From sequence record OR529409.1: a stretch of DNA of 40,000 bases; one strand, given 5' to 3'. Position 1 is the stretch's first letter; each line of letters starts with the position of its first letter. This document shows positions 1-9,564 of the stretch, in pieces. Both the position numbers and the translations under genes were made by a program. The DNA is from Stenotrophomonas phage BUCTxx100. The notes beneath the pieces are model-generated. The model saw nothing but the letters and a program-made list of their open reading frames with translations. It did not search any database and was not told the DNA's origin.

Positions 1-1098
1 GACGCCAGTAAAGGTAAGCTCTTCGACGACTTAACTCGAGAAGCGTTAAACGAGGGTAAACGAGGAATACTCTGGAGTCAGGAAGTAGGGAGCACGGGTT
101 TGTTTATCGACTGGTTTATTACGCCAGAAGAACACACTCAAATCATTACTGGAAATAGTCAAACCTTTTACGTAGTCGGTTGTGATACTTCCGCTGCGCA
201 AAACCGAGACGCCTGTACGGTAGTGATAAGAGATGTCATGGATGGTAAAGTCGTTGGGGTGGGTCGTTATCCAATAGCTTACTTAATGGACGTGGGCGAG
301 GTATTACAGACGATCCTGTTAGAAATTAAGAACAGTTTACTGATCATCGAGCGTAACTTCGCGCATCACATGATCGACCAACTGCTCGTTAGTCTTCCTG
401 CATTGGGAATCGATCCTTTTAAACGTATCTTTAATCAGATCATACAAGATCCGGTTAAGTACGAAAAAGAAATGATCGAGTTCAAACAACGTAATTTTGC
501 TAATAGAGACAGTCACTTCTATCTGAGGTTCAAACATTTGTTTGGGTTCGTTACCAATGCCAAAACGCGTGACGAAGTATATAGTTTTATCCAAGAAGCG
601 GTAGGAACCACTGGAGATAAAATTTATTATACTAAACTCATCGACGAACTGGTTAACCTCAAAGAGAAAGGGGGGAGGATCGACCACGAAAACAATAAAC
701 ACGATGACCTGGTTATCGCTTGGTTGTTAGGATTCTGGTTCTTGAAACTGGGTAACAATAAAAGTGAATACGGAATTCCTCCAGGCATTAGTTTGAGTAA
801 GATCACGCTTATGCGGGTTGGGGATAGCAGAAACGAAGAAACCAACAGCGCGCACAATGAAGCGATGGTTGCACTCTATCGTCGTAAAGTTGAAGAGCTG
901 AGCGACAGGCTCATTAAAACCACCGACAATACCGTAGCTCAAAGGATCGAGTACATGATTGACAAACTCAGCAGCATGATCCCTCAAGATAAGCGTAAGA
1001 GTTTGACTATCGATGAAATCGTTAGAAAGGCCAAGGAGGAAAGAAGTCGTCGAGTATTGGAAGCACGTAAGTTACGCAGTCGTTACGCGTACATGTAA
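1..1098 (+). CDS. terL: Terminase large subunit, C-terminal nuclease part (5' end outside window)
   Basis: Frame 1 is open from base 1 (DASKGKLFDDLTREALNEGKRGILWSQEVGSTGLFIDWF...), so the TTG at 100 is probably not the true start. RNase H-like nuclease motifs: VVGCDTS, LLIIERN, NKHDDLVIAWLL. Confidence 0.85.
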   Translation, partial: DASKGKLFDDLTREALNEGKRGILWSQEVGSTGLFIDWFITPEEHTQIITGNSQTFYVVGCDTSAAQNRDACTVVIRDVMDGKVVGVGRYPIAYLMDVGEVLQTILLEIKNSLLIIERNFAHHMIDQLLVSLPALGIDPFKRIFNQIIQDPVKYEKEMIEFKQRNFANRDSHFYLRFKHLFGFVTNAKTRDEVYSFIQEAVGTTGDKIYYTKLIDELVNLKEKGGRIDHENNKHDDLVIAWLLGFWFLKLGNNKSEYGIPPGISLSKITLMRVGDSRNEETNSAHNEAMVALYRRKVEELSDRLIKTTDNTVAQRIEYMIDKLSSMIPQDKRKSLTIDEIVRKAKEERSRRVLEARKLRSRYAYM

Positions 1099-1114
1099 AT
1101 TTTTATAAGTCTAC

Positions 1115-1131
1115 ATTATCATGGTGTAAAC
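1115..1131 (+). promoter_or_regulatory. Candidate phage promoter/regulatory motif ATTATCATGGTGTAAAC
   Basis: Nearly identical to 25276-25294 (ATTATCATGGTGTATAAAC); both lie in short intergenic gaps upstream of small ORFs. Confidence 0.4.
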
Positions 1132-1159
1132 CTCAAATAAACTTTTAGGAGTTAACACC

Positions 1160-1375
1160 ATGAATAAATACAACGTTACCTTTATCCGTCACGACGATAC
1201 TCTGGTCGCTAACGTTCCTTGTGTCAACGAGGAAAAGGATGTGTTACTCGGAGGTGGGTTGGTCGATTCTCGTTTAGGTCAACTCGAAGTTGATATCAAA
1301 ACGGGAACTCTGGTTCTCAGATCCAATTGCGCCAACGATTCACTCACGACGGAATGTCGGCTGCATTACATTTAA
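1160..1375 (+). CDS. Hypothetical small protein (71 aa)
   Basis: ATG preceded by TAGGAG; followed directly by a hairpin terminator. Confidence 0.7.
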   Translation: MNKYNVTFIRHDDTLVANVPCVNEEKDVLLGGGLVDSRLGQLEVDIKTGTLVLRSNCANDSLTTECRLHYI

Positions 1376-1379
1376 CATT

Positions 1380-1411
1380 ATACCCCTACGGCGTAATCGC
1401 CGTAGGGGTAT
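1380..1411. terminator. Bidirectional hairpin terminator between convergent genes
   Basis: ATACCCCTACGGCG-TAAT-CGCCGTAGGGGTAT, 14-bp perfect stem, followed by a T-rich stretch. Confidence 0.85.
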
Positions 1412-1420
1412 GGTTTTTAT

Positions 1421-2026
1421 TTAGTTTTTAATGTAATCTACTAAAGATTCAAAATCACCGTCGTAGAAATACGGTTTAATTTTGATTAAAGAACAAGCCG
1501 CAGACAGAGCATTTTCGTAACGATGAACGAATCGTTCAAAATACTCTCGATTGAGAAGACGGGTTTCTTGATCATCTAAAACTGATCTGGATCCCGCTCT
1601 TTGTAAAAACGTATCGTGATCGATTTTTACAAAGATAAGTTTATCAGGATACATTTGGGTGTTGAATATTTTTAAAGCCTTTACGTTGCGTTCTATAACA
1701 CTGTAAAGACCTATTCGACCGTTACCCTGATAAACCGCAGTAGAAATGAAGCAGCGATCGGAAATAACTGTCTTCCCTTGGTTTAAAGCAGGAACAACAA
1801 CTTTATCCCCTAACTCTATTCGCTGAGCAATAGCGAGATAAAGCTTTGCTTCTTCACAAATCCCATTATCGATAATGAGATTACGAATGGTTAACAAAGA
1901 GTCTGGAGTCTTAGCCGGTTCCTCCACTTGAAGAACGTCGTAATTATCGGTCTTCAATCTCTCTGTTAGTTGTTTGGTTAAAGTTGACTTACCCGCTAAG
2001 TCCATGCCTTCGAGAACAATGTACAT
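1421..2026 (-). CDS. tmk: Thymidylate kinase-like (dTMP kinase)
   Basis: P-loop variant EGMDLAGKST, then EEPAKT and DRCFISTAVYQG, characteristic of TMPK. Confidence 0.85.
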   Translation of the reverse strand: MYIVLEGMDLAGKSTLTKQLTERLKTDNYDVLQVEEPAKTPDSLLTIRNLIIDNGICEEAKLYLAIAQRIELGDKVVVPALNQGKTVISDRCFISTAVYQGNGRIGLYSVIERNVKALKIFNTQMYPDKLIFVKIDHDTFLQRAGSRSVLDDQETRLLNREYFERFVHRYENALSAACSLIKIKPYFYDGDFESLVDYIKN

Positions 2027-2096
2027 AGTGAATTTCTCCTGTAGATTTTTATCACTATAACTTATTTATAACCGTTTTAATTTAGGAGTTAGTATC

Positions 2097-2507
2097 ATGA
2101 CCGAAGAAGAATTTAAAGAGAAAGTAAAATACATTATGGATCACTATGGATATAGTGAACAAACCGCAATTGACGCACTGAATATGGTCAATACCATCAA
2201 CGAAGGAATGAGGCGAGGGGAGTTTTATTATTTATCGGCGTCAACCCCTCCTGAAAAATCGGTCTTTCATAACGCCGACAGTAATTCCGCTACACCTGAA
2301 AACAAAGTAGCGAGTATGAAACTTTTTATCTTCGATTATTACAACAATCTTAAACCGGGTATGGTTTTCGCTTATAATCAAGAAGAAGCGATCGCCATGA
2401 TCAAAGAAGCGGGGATTACGGGTCAGCCAGATAAGTTTTATTCTTCCGCTAAAGAAATTGAAATTCCTGTCGATCCCACTTACGTTCGTTACAATTCCGG
2501 AGAATAA
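2097..2507 (+). CDS. Hypothetical protein (136 aa)
   Basis: RBS TTAGGAG upstream; tightly packed with next ORF. Confidence 0.75.
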   Translation: MTEEEFKEKVKYIMDHYGYSEQTAIDALNMVNTINEGMRRGEFYYLSASTPPEKSVFHNADSNSATPENKVASMKLFIFDYYNNLKPGMVFAYNQEEAIAMIKEAGITGQPDKFYSSAKEIEIPVDPTYVRYNSGE

Positions 2508-2509
2508 AA

Positions 2510-3436
2510 ATGGAAAATAAAGATGATTCTTTTTTATCTAAATCAGATTACCCTCAAAATGGATTAAGAACTCCGTTTGATCTTGTCGACGATTATCAAG
2601 AAAATAAAAAGGGCGTGGTTAGACTCACCTTACCTAACGATCAACTCCCTAAAGATGCTCAGGGCCGGACCCCTGACTTACGGTCGGACGGTTCTCCTGC
2701 CTTTAGAAGAGAAGATCTTTTTAAAGGCTTGCGGGCCGTCGAAATCACGCCTGTACCAGAAGAATCATCGGACTCCGGTAATGCGCAACAACAAAGAATC
2801 GAACTTCTGATCAAAAAGATAGCAGAGATGTTTGATTGTTCTGAAGAACGGGCAGCGGGCATCGTAAAGGAAGCCCTGGCCCAAAGGAACATAGACCAAA
2901 CGCTAGACAGTATGTTTGATAACATTAGCGAATTTCAGGAAATCGGGATTGTAAATGGAATGCCTCCAAAACTCATCCCTCCCGCCTCTGGTGTCACGTG
3001 GATCAATTTAGTAGATCCAGAAACCGGAGAACCCATTAAGAAAGAAGATTTGCTTAAATATATTCCTGATGTTGATTTGGAAGAGGCATATCCGGGTACT
3101 CGTAAAACAAACCCTGAGCTATACCGGACTTCACCTTATCCGACTCCCGAAGAGATGATTACTTCTCAGAACATCGGGATGGGTAAGTTGGTACACGTTA
3201 CCGACAAATGGTTCTTCTATCGTCATCACCAATTCCACAACATTCATCACAAACGTCGTAGAGCACACTTCGATGAAATCAGTCTTATGCTGATGCGTTT
3301 TAACTGGGCTCGGTACAAAGAAGAGCTGCATAAGAAGAAATATCATATCTTCGATAAGACCCCTCGGGCTAAGGCTGAACGTTTAGCACTTAAACGTTCG
3401 AGAGAAAAGATTAAACCAACTTTGATGATTAGTTGA
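2510..3436 (+). CDS. Hypothetical protein (308 aa)
   Basis: Long ORF beginning 3 nt after the previous stop, same-strand operon. Confidence 0.75.
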   Translation: MENKDDSFLSKSDYPQNGLRTPFDLVDDYQENKKGVVRLTLPNDQLPKDAQGRTPDLRSDGSPAFRREDLFKGLRAVEITPVPEESSDSGNAQQQRIELLIKKIAEMFDCSEERAAGIVKEALAQRNIDQTLDSMFDNISEFQEIGIVNGMPPKLIPPASGVTWINLVDPETGEPIKKEDLLKYIPDVDLEEAYPGTRKTNPELYRTSPYPTPEEMITSQNIGMGKLVHVTDKWFFYRHHQFHNIHHKRRRAHFDEISLMLMRFNWARYKEELHKKKYHIFDKTPRAKAERLALKRSREKIKPTLMIS

Positions 3437-3744
3437 GGTTAGGCGTGGAGATTCCATTAGTAAGTTCAGGGGTTGGGATACACGATAGGTATTACGAGGT
3501 AATCAGATGTGGTTTTAACGAGTGTTTAAATCGCTTGGACGATGAAAACAATCAGGCTAGTCACAAAGATTATCACGGCAATGTTTTTACGGTATGTCGA
3601 CTAAAACCTAATGACGGGTCTATTCCTATTTATTCTTTCCGGGTAGGAGAGCGGACCCTGTTAACAGGGGTAACTGATCCGAGTACGGTTGACCTGACGG
3701 AATACCGTAATCTTTTTAGGTTTATTAAAATCAAAGGTTATTGA
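3433..3744 (+). CDS. Hypothetical protein (103 aa)
   Basis: Overlaps the previous stop by 4 nt; GAGGT upstream. Confidence 0.65.
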   Translation: MRLGVEIPLVSSGVGIHDRYYEVIRCGFNECLNRLDDENNQASHKDYHGNVFTVCRLKPNDGSIPIYSFRVGERTLLTGVTDPSTVDLTEYRNLFRFIKIKGY

Positions 3745-4178
3745 CGATGAATGAACAAGCCACTTATAAATCAGGTTATCTCCCCATCCAACTCGAAGGG
3801 TGTTCTAAAGAACAACTCATTGACATCAACGACCAGTTATTCAGCAGACTTAAAGAACTTCGTAAAACCTATCTTCCGGGAGATTACGAAATCACCCTCA
3901 TCACCGATATTCTGAAAGGCAAGGAGCCCGAAAAGAATAGTTTCTTTTACAGTCTGACCTGTGTCAGGAATAACTGCTTAATGGAAAACCCTGTTTCAGA
4001 ACTTAAAATCAAATTAAATTCTGTGGCAATTTTCCCTTACTCTTGGGTTATCAGGGGTCATAAAGCCAGAAACGATAAAGATCCCGAAATTAAAAGATTG
4101 AAGAAACACCTCTTTCGGATTTATAAACACAATCTTCATAAGCGGTCTAAATTCCATAAATTAAGGAAAGGTCAATGA
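3741..4178 (+). CDS. Hypothetical protein (145 aa)
   Basis: Overlapping start/stop with neighbours on the same strand. Confidence 0.65.
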   Translation: MTMNEQATYKSGYLPIQLEGCSKEQLIDINDQLFSRLKELRKTYLPGDYEITLITDILKGKEPEKNSFFYSLTCVRNNCLMENPVSELKIKLNSVAIFPYSWVIRGHKARNDKDPEIKRLKKHLFRIYKHNLHKRSKFHKLRKGQ

Positions 4179-4495
4179 GATCTTTTACGCAACCCTTTAT
4201 GATACATCGATACCCTAGTGTCGATAAGTTCATAAAGGAACCCGGGAACAAATCTCTGTTGTTATTGAGCTTCTTCAACTTAGAGATCAAAATCAAAAAC
4301 GCAGAGCTTAGGGCTGTTAACAATCCATTTCCAGGAGATGTGTTCTTTACTGAGGAAGTCGGTAACGATAAAATTCTCTTAGTTGTCCGGGTTAACCTCG
4401 GTACCGGGGAACGTTACTACCAACTCAATAATCTGGAATGGGTTGTTTGCACTAACTCTCTCACGGTGAGAGAACTCACCTTACTTTTAAATTAA
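4175..4495 (+). CDS. Hypothetical protein (106 aa)
   Basis: ATGA overlap with previous stop, GGAAAGG upstream. Confidence 0.65.
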   Translation: MRSFTQPFMIHRYPSVDKFIKEPGNKSLLLLSFFNLEIKIKNAELRAVNNPFPGDVFFTEEVGNDKILLVVRVNLGTGERYYQLNNLEWVVCTNSLTVRELTLLLN

Positions 4496-4516
4496 CTTAT
4501 CTTTAGGAAAACCGCC

Positions 4517-5038
4517 ATGTATAAACTTTATTGCGCGTTCCCTGGTTGTGGAAAATCAACCATTTACAATGACGCTGAATCATTTGGGTTCTTCCCTATG
4601 ATAACCATACCTGGATTCATAACTAGTATGTCAATGAAGGCGTTCAAGGATAATCTAAAGCCTCTTTTCGATTCAGATAGTTCTCAGTTTGACAAGGTTG
4701 AATTCCCGCAAAATTACATTCAACATATTAAGTCGCACATCGACTTCTGTTCAGGTGTCATGCCCGGCCTGACAATGTTCGTCAGCTCCCATGATGTGGT
4801 AAGAAAGGCATTAAAAGAAAATGCTTTGGATTACACGCTGGTTTATCCGGACAGGTCCTTAAAAGAGGAATGGATAGAACGCTACAATAAACGAGGTTCC
4901 CCGCAATCGTTTATTGATCTTCTTACCAATAAGTGGGACGATTTCATTGACTCATGTGAAAGCGACGACGGATGTAAAGAGCGGTTCGTACTTCAATCTG
5001 GTCAAGGCCTATCGGATATCATTAAATCCTCCCTCTAA
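4517..5038 (+). CDS. P-loop NTPase / nucleotide-kinase-like protein (173 aa)
   Basis: N-terminal Walker A YCAFPGCGKST, then LVYPDRSLKEEWIERYNKRG resembling the lid region of small P-loop kinases. Confidence 0.6.
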   Translation: MYKLYCAFPGCGKSTIYNDAESFGFFPMITIPGFITSMSMKAFKDNLKPLFDSDSSQFDKVEFPQNYIQHIKSHIDFCSGVMPGLTMFVSSHDVVRKALKENALDYTLVYPDRSLKEEWIERYNKRGSPQSFIDLLTNKWDDFIDSCESDDGCKERFVLQSGQGLSDIIKSSL

Positions 5039-5053
5039 TTTAGGGTAATCATC

Positions 5054-5560
5054 ATGAAAGACGTTAAAGTTATCGGTCAAACAGAACAACGCGTCATCGA
5101 CAAAGCACGCGCCTACAATAACCTCGTCAATGAAACCGATTTCGGAGACGGTAAAATCAAAACGGTTAACGAAGCTATCGTCCAACGCCTGCTCTGTGAA
5201 GCAGAGGAGCTCGGTTTAGATATCGATCAAGAACCGTTTGCTTCTCTGGGGAATCGCCAATTCACATTCTACCGCGTCCCGGAAGAAACCCATCGGTATC
5301 CTTGGTACCATCATGTCAACAGTTTCTGTCAAGTTGAGCAGGCGTTACAAAACGGCGAATCTTCCGAATGGCAGCTCGACATTAAAGGCATGCTTTATAA
5401 AGTATCTGTTGACCGTTCGACAGGAACCAGAGCTTACCATATCAATGACCAACGTATCTGCGATTGCACCGGTACTCCGACGTTACAAGATTTCAAAGAT
5501 CTCTTCTCCGAAGAACGTCGTCGTTATTTCCAGCGATTAGAGCAGACCCTTCGGGGTTAG
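5054..5560 (+). CDS. Hypothetical protein (168 aa)
   Basis: RBS-like TAGGGTAATC upstream, same operon. Confidence 0.7.
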   Translation: MKDVKVIGQTEQRVIDKARAYNNLVNETDFGDGKIKTVNEAIVQRLLCEAEELGLDIDQEPFASLGNRQFTFYRVPEETHRYPWYHHVNSFCQVEQALQNGESSEWQLDIKGMLYKVSVDRSTGTRAYHINDQRICDCTGTPTLQDFKDLFSEERRRYFQRLEQTLRG

Positions 5561-6060
5561 GAGTTGAGATGGATAAGAAAGGTCAAGGTTCTCTTTACGG
5601 TAAACTCTCCTTTTTGGGTTTTCGCACCGGTGAAAACCCAAAGGAAGGTTTCGATCTTCTAGATTTCGTATGGGGGGTGACACCCGGTGAACTTTCCAAT
5701 TCCGAAGTAATGGGGGTGTATTTAGATCCGTTCTCGCTTAAAGTAGAGAAAGTGGTGCTGAAGACGGGCGAAGAGATAATGACGGCCGGATGTACTCTAA
5801 ACTACTCGGGTATAGCTGCTAATCACACAAGTCATATCTACCATGTCCGGGCGGAGGTCTATGGAAGGGGTAATTGCGACTTCGGATTAATTTATGATCA
5901 CGAAACTGAGAAACTCCATTTCATTGAACGCAGCGATATTAACATCAAAGAAAGTGAGGAGCTTCAACACGCAACTATTGAAAAACTCATACTTTCTTAC
6001 GACGTGGTAAAATTCGAAGGTAGTCCGCAAGAATATATCGAATTTATGAAAACTCGTTAA
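5464..6060 (+). CDS. Hypothetical protein; true start probably ATG near 5569 (MDKKGQGSLYGKLSF...)
   Basis: The track start overlaps the previous CDS; TTAGGAGTTGAG ATG GATAAG gives a better start. Confidence 0.65.
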   Translation: MHRYSDVTRFQRSLLRRTSSLFPAIRADPSGLGVEMDKKGQGSLYGKLSFLGFRTGENPKEGFDLLDFVWGVTPGELSNSEVMGVYLDPFSLKVEKVVLKTGEEIMTAGCTLNYSGIAANHTSHIYHVRAEVYGRGNCDFGLIYDHETEKLHFIERSDINIKESEELQHATIEKLILSYDVVKFEGSPQEYIEFMKTR

Positions 6061-6067
6061 AACCAAC

Positions 6068-6102
6068 TATACCCTCCTCCCCTTATCGGGGAGGAGGGTA
6101 TA
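6068..6102. terminator. Bidirectional hairpin terminator between convergent genes
   Basis: TATACCCTCCTCCCC / GGGGAGGAGGGTATA, 15-bp stem with 5-nt loop; T-tract after and A-rich before. Confidence 0.85.
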
Positions 6103-6115
6103 ACTTATTTTTTTC

Positions 6116-7606
6116 TTACTTGTACGCGTCTTTAGTCAGCGTTCGTAAAACGATATACAGCATCAGACTCGTTCTTAATGAACTTACTGTAATGCGGGTT
6201 TTTATCCCCGTCAGTTGTCTAACAATGTCATCGCCTTCATCTCGCATCTTAAAGACACTTTGGTTCTGACTGCGGCTACTGAGATACGCCCCACGCATTC
6301 GACGTAACACTTCTCTCAGGTCGTTTGCCCGAATACCGTTTTCCGTTAAGTATTCGAACAAGTGGGTGGTAACTTCGTCGACGAACTCTCTGTACTTAGC
6401 TCCCTTGGGCGAGTTATACTGATCGGGAAATACCCGGATAATTCGCTCCAGTTTATCTCTGGGAGAGTTGTCAATGGCTTCCGCAGCGTAACCTACCAGC
6501 TCGTCCTTGTAAAAGCCTGCAGAAGAACTGAGGACGTTTTGGATGTAGTTTTTATACTGAGTAACGTTCTTCGTCACCTCTCGTACACTTACTCCATCTT
6601 CCAGCGTGACCATCCCACCGTCCAATCTGACGATATTGGTTTTCGATTTCACTTCATGGAAAACTTTGTTAATGTCGTTGATCACGCCTCTGAGTCGATC
6701 CTGGATATCACCGACCATGTAAATGATTTTCTTGTCATCATCCATGGTGGTAAACGTTTTATAATGGATCCCCGTTTTGGGATCTAAAATAAACTCAGCC
6801 CTGGCTCGGATTAACGCCATCCAACTACCGTAACGTTTGATGTCATAACGCATGCTTAAACGGTTATAAGTTTCCATAGCGATCTCTTTCTTCGCCAGGT
6901 ATTTATAATCGTTCGCCATAATACTCGTCAAACATTTGTAATGGTACATCGCTAAGATGTTAACCATCGCATTGTGTTTAACGCGGTCATGGAGATCGCT
7001 ATGAAACGTCCGGTATAACAAATAAACAATACTCAGGTTGAACACGTCACCGGTAACTTTCCAGGTCGCATTGATCAGTTTACAGGCGTGGAGGTTTTCT
7101 CGTAACTCTTCTTCGTCGACATCGAAGATTTCAGCGAACCAGCGGTTTCTGTCTTCTGATGTGAAAACGATTCGGTGGATGCCCAAATAGGGATTACCAA
7201 AGAATTCCACGTACTGTTCGTTCTTGGTGGTAAACCCAATGACGTACCGGGTCAGTCTATCGGCCCAACGGTTATCGATTTCTAAATCGTGTCCGAATGC
7301 GTTAAACACACCGAGTATCGCGTGATCGGTATTGAAATTGTAATTGGGTAGCAGAGCTTCAAAACCAGATATCCCAAATGTTTTTTGAAGGAGTTTCTCG
7401 ATTCCCTTGTCGGGGGTAATCTCCTCGAACATTTTGACTTCGGGTTCGGCGTCGTACATCCCATCTTCGACCAACATCGGATCTCCGCTTAAAATCCCAC
7501 TGGGATCAAATACCGGTAATCCAGAAAGCTTATCGAACCATTGACGGTCGTCATTCTGAAAATAGCTCTCAGAACCATTGAGACGATCTGCGTATTGATT
7601 AAACAT
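6116..7606 (-). CDS. Hypothetical protein (496 aa)
   Basis: Long ORF with consistent composition; two-gene minus-strand operon with 7615-8475. Confidence 0.8.
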   Translation of the reverse strand: MFNQYADRLNGSESYFQNDDRQWFDKLSGLPVFDPSGILSGDPMLVEDGMYDAEPEVKMFEEITPDKGIEKLLQKTFGISGFEALLPNYNFNTDHAILGVFNAFGHDLEIDNRWADRLTRYVIGFTTKNEQYVEFFGNPYLGIHRIVFTSEDRNRWFAEIFDVDEEELRENLHACKLINATWKVTGDVFNLSIVYLLYRTFHSDLHDRVKHNAMVNILAMYHYKCLTSIMANDYKYLAKKEIAMETYNRLSMRYDIKRYGSWMALIRARAEFILDPKTGIHYKTFTTMDDDKKIIYMVGDIQDRLRGVINDINKVFHEVKSKTNIVRLDGGMVTLEDGVSVREVTKNVTQYKNYIQNVLSSSAGFYKDELVGYAAEAIDNSPRDKLERIIRVFPDQYNSPKGAKYREFVDEVTTHLFEYLTENGIRANDLREVLRRMRGAYLSSRSQNQSVFKMRDEGDDIVRQLTGIKTRITVSSLRTSLMLYIVLRTLTKDAYK

Positions 7607-7614
7607 ATCGTCTC

Positions 7615-8475
7615 CTAGATCCGACTTGGGACAGCGTTTCTGATGGCGTTGTATCTCCGATCCGGGTCAGAATACGTCATGAGTTTTATCCAGCGAGTTT
7701 TAAACAATTCCTCGTACTGGTTAAGACTGTCACGGTACTCACTGATATCGTCACGGATAATATCAACCTGGACCCCAGAGCGGGCTACTCCTTCGTCGAC
7801 TTTGTACCGAACTGTTTTCCAGATGTAGTTCTTGGTCATCAGGATAACTAAGTCGCCAAATACGTCGTAGGCTCTCGGATGGATCGTGGATAAACCATCG
7901 TCGTAACTCAGGATAAGTTTACCTGTCAGGGAGAACACCCCACTCGGCGCGCCATGGATCACAAACGAGTTATTCCCGACGAGAGTTATATTCGTGAACG
8001 TCTGGGGGATTTCTCGGTTGGGTAACATCCCGTTGATCATGGAGTTCAGTGCGTCGTTGACAGTACCTACCCCGCATGAGTCAGCATTGCCAAGTACGCT
8101 CATGATCCCACTGGAGGAATTCATCGCCCCCTGGTAAACTTCCACAACCGAAATAATTTTCCGACCGCCCGTCAAGAAATCAGGGACGTTAACCAGCTGC
8201 ATCCCTTGGCCGAGATGTTCAATCCGAGATCCGGTTAAATCAATCAGCTCCGTCACCCCACCCTGGACGTTACACCGGGGTAGGATGATCGCATGTATAA
8301 TTTTTTCTCGAATACCTTGCTGAACGGTGGTCTGCGCGTACTGGTTATACCAGTTCCCGGTCAGATTCCCGTTAGGGTTCGAGAACGCAAGCTCCAACAG
8401 GTACTCGGGGATGTCACTCCCGTTGAGAACTTTGTTGATCGCGTAGTCCACGCAGTTCATAATCAACTCCCACAC
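7615..8475 (-). CDS. Hypothetical protein (286 aa)
   Basis: Long ORF immediately upstream (minus strand) of 6116-7606; start could be a few codons internal (MNCVDYAINK...). Confidence 0.8.
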   Translation of the reverse strand: MWELIMNCVDYAINKVLNGSDIPEYLLELAFSNPNGNLTGNWYNQYAQTTVQQGIREKIIHAIILPRCNVQGGVTELIDLTGSRIEHLGQGMQLVNVPDFLTGGRKIISVVEVYQGAMNSSSGIMSVLGNADSCGVGTVNDALNSMINGMLPNREIPQTFTNITLVGNNSFVIHGAPSGVFSLTGKLILSYDDGLSTIHPRAYDVFGDLVILMTKNYIWKTVRYKVDEGVARSGVQVDIIRDDISEYRDSLNQYEELFKTRWIKLMTYSDPDRRYNAIRNAVPSRI

Positions 8476-8509
8476 TGAGTTTCGGGACTGGAGGAATTTC
8501 CGTCTCGAT

Positions 8510-8531
8510 AAAAATTCAACTGAGAATTTTT
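8510..8531. repeat. Short inverted repeat
   Basis: AAAAATTC-AACTGA-GAATTTTT, 8-bp stem at the edge of the large intergenic region. Confidence 0.6.
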
Positions 8532-8964
8532 ACTCTGGGGTTTCGGCGGTTATAATATTTCACTGCGGGAATTTAAAAACTCAACGGGTTTACGATCCCG
8601 TATGTTTTTGAGTTTTATTTCCCGTATAAAATACTCCGTGCCGTAAGACAACACCCCACAGAAAAAACCTCGCCTCCGGAAAAAATTCCTCGAAGGCGAG
8701 TTGCCATGATCTCACTCGAGCAAGAATCAATCCGACATACAATCCCAAGCGCTCCGAAATTTTTTTCTTCGGAATTTTGGTCATTGGTAAATTTTTACAT
8801 ACAAATCTATTTTATATTTGTATTTTTCGCTTGCGCGGATATTCTAATTTTTCAAAGATAATCTAAAACCGATTCCGGTTCTGGGTTTTTTATTTTTCTG
8901 TGTTTTGATTTTCCAAATCCAATTTTCAAAAATCTAAATCTAAAAATCTAAAAAATTTAATACT

Positions 8965-8980
8965 CAAAAATCGATTTTTG
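8965..8980. repeat. 16-bp perfect palindrome
   Basis: CAAAAATCGATTTTTG. Confidence 0.8.
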
Positions 8981-8991
8981 CTAGGGGTCCT

Positions 8992-9222
8992 TATTACGCG
9001 TGCGTACGCCCGCACGCATATAAAAAATAAATATAATACGTAGTATTATATTTTCCTTTGGTTTTATATTTTTAATTTATTAAAAATATATTAATATAAA
9101 TTATTATAAATATTTTTTATTAGTTTGTTTTTATAAAAAATATATAAATATATATTTATATATATTTATATTCATTAGGCGCGCGCCAGCGTGCGTGTGT
9201 GTACGTGCGCGCACGCGTAATA
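8992..9222. repeat. 13-bp inverted repeat arms flanking an AT-rich core (possible origin/structural element)
   Basis: TATTACGCGTGCG at 8992-9004 and its reverse complement CGCACGCGTAATA at 9210-9222; the internal sequence is almost pure A/T. Confidence 0.7.
9030..9052. repeat. 10-bp inverted repeat with 3-nt spacer
   Basis: AATATAATAC-GTA-GTATTATATT. Confidence 0.75.
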
Positions 9223-9564
9223 GAGAAGGGGTTATAAAAATACAAGATTGGCCCTGAGAGATTATCCAGAAAAAATCACACAGAGTAAAAATATTAACCG
9301 GAATGATTTTGAGAAGATTTAATACTCAACCTAGGAATTCGTATCAGTCGGATGAAAAAACGTTTTAGAAATCGATACAGGAATTTTTAGAGGGTGTTCT
9401 GATCGAGTTCTCAGGAAGGATTATTCACTGAATAAAAATATTTTAATCAAGATAATTAATTTTTACCGCAAGTTAGATTTATCGAGACAAGAAGATTTAA
9501 CCGCAAAGTAATATCTTACGGAGAGCATAATCTTCTGAGCAGGACAGAGATCTCGAATTGTCAG

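Noticed and set aside
2097-2920. Possible UBA/CUE-like helical modules in both ORFs (MDHYGYSEQTAIDALNMV; MFDCSEERAAGIVKEAL)
   Set aside because: Short helical similarity by eye only; too weak to claim a domain.
8590-8784. 64-aa minus-strand ORF in the big intergenic gap
   Set aside because: No good RBS or operon context; translation not convincing as a protein.
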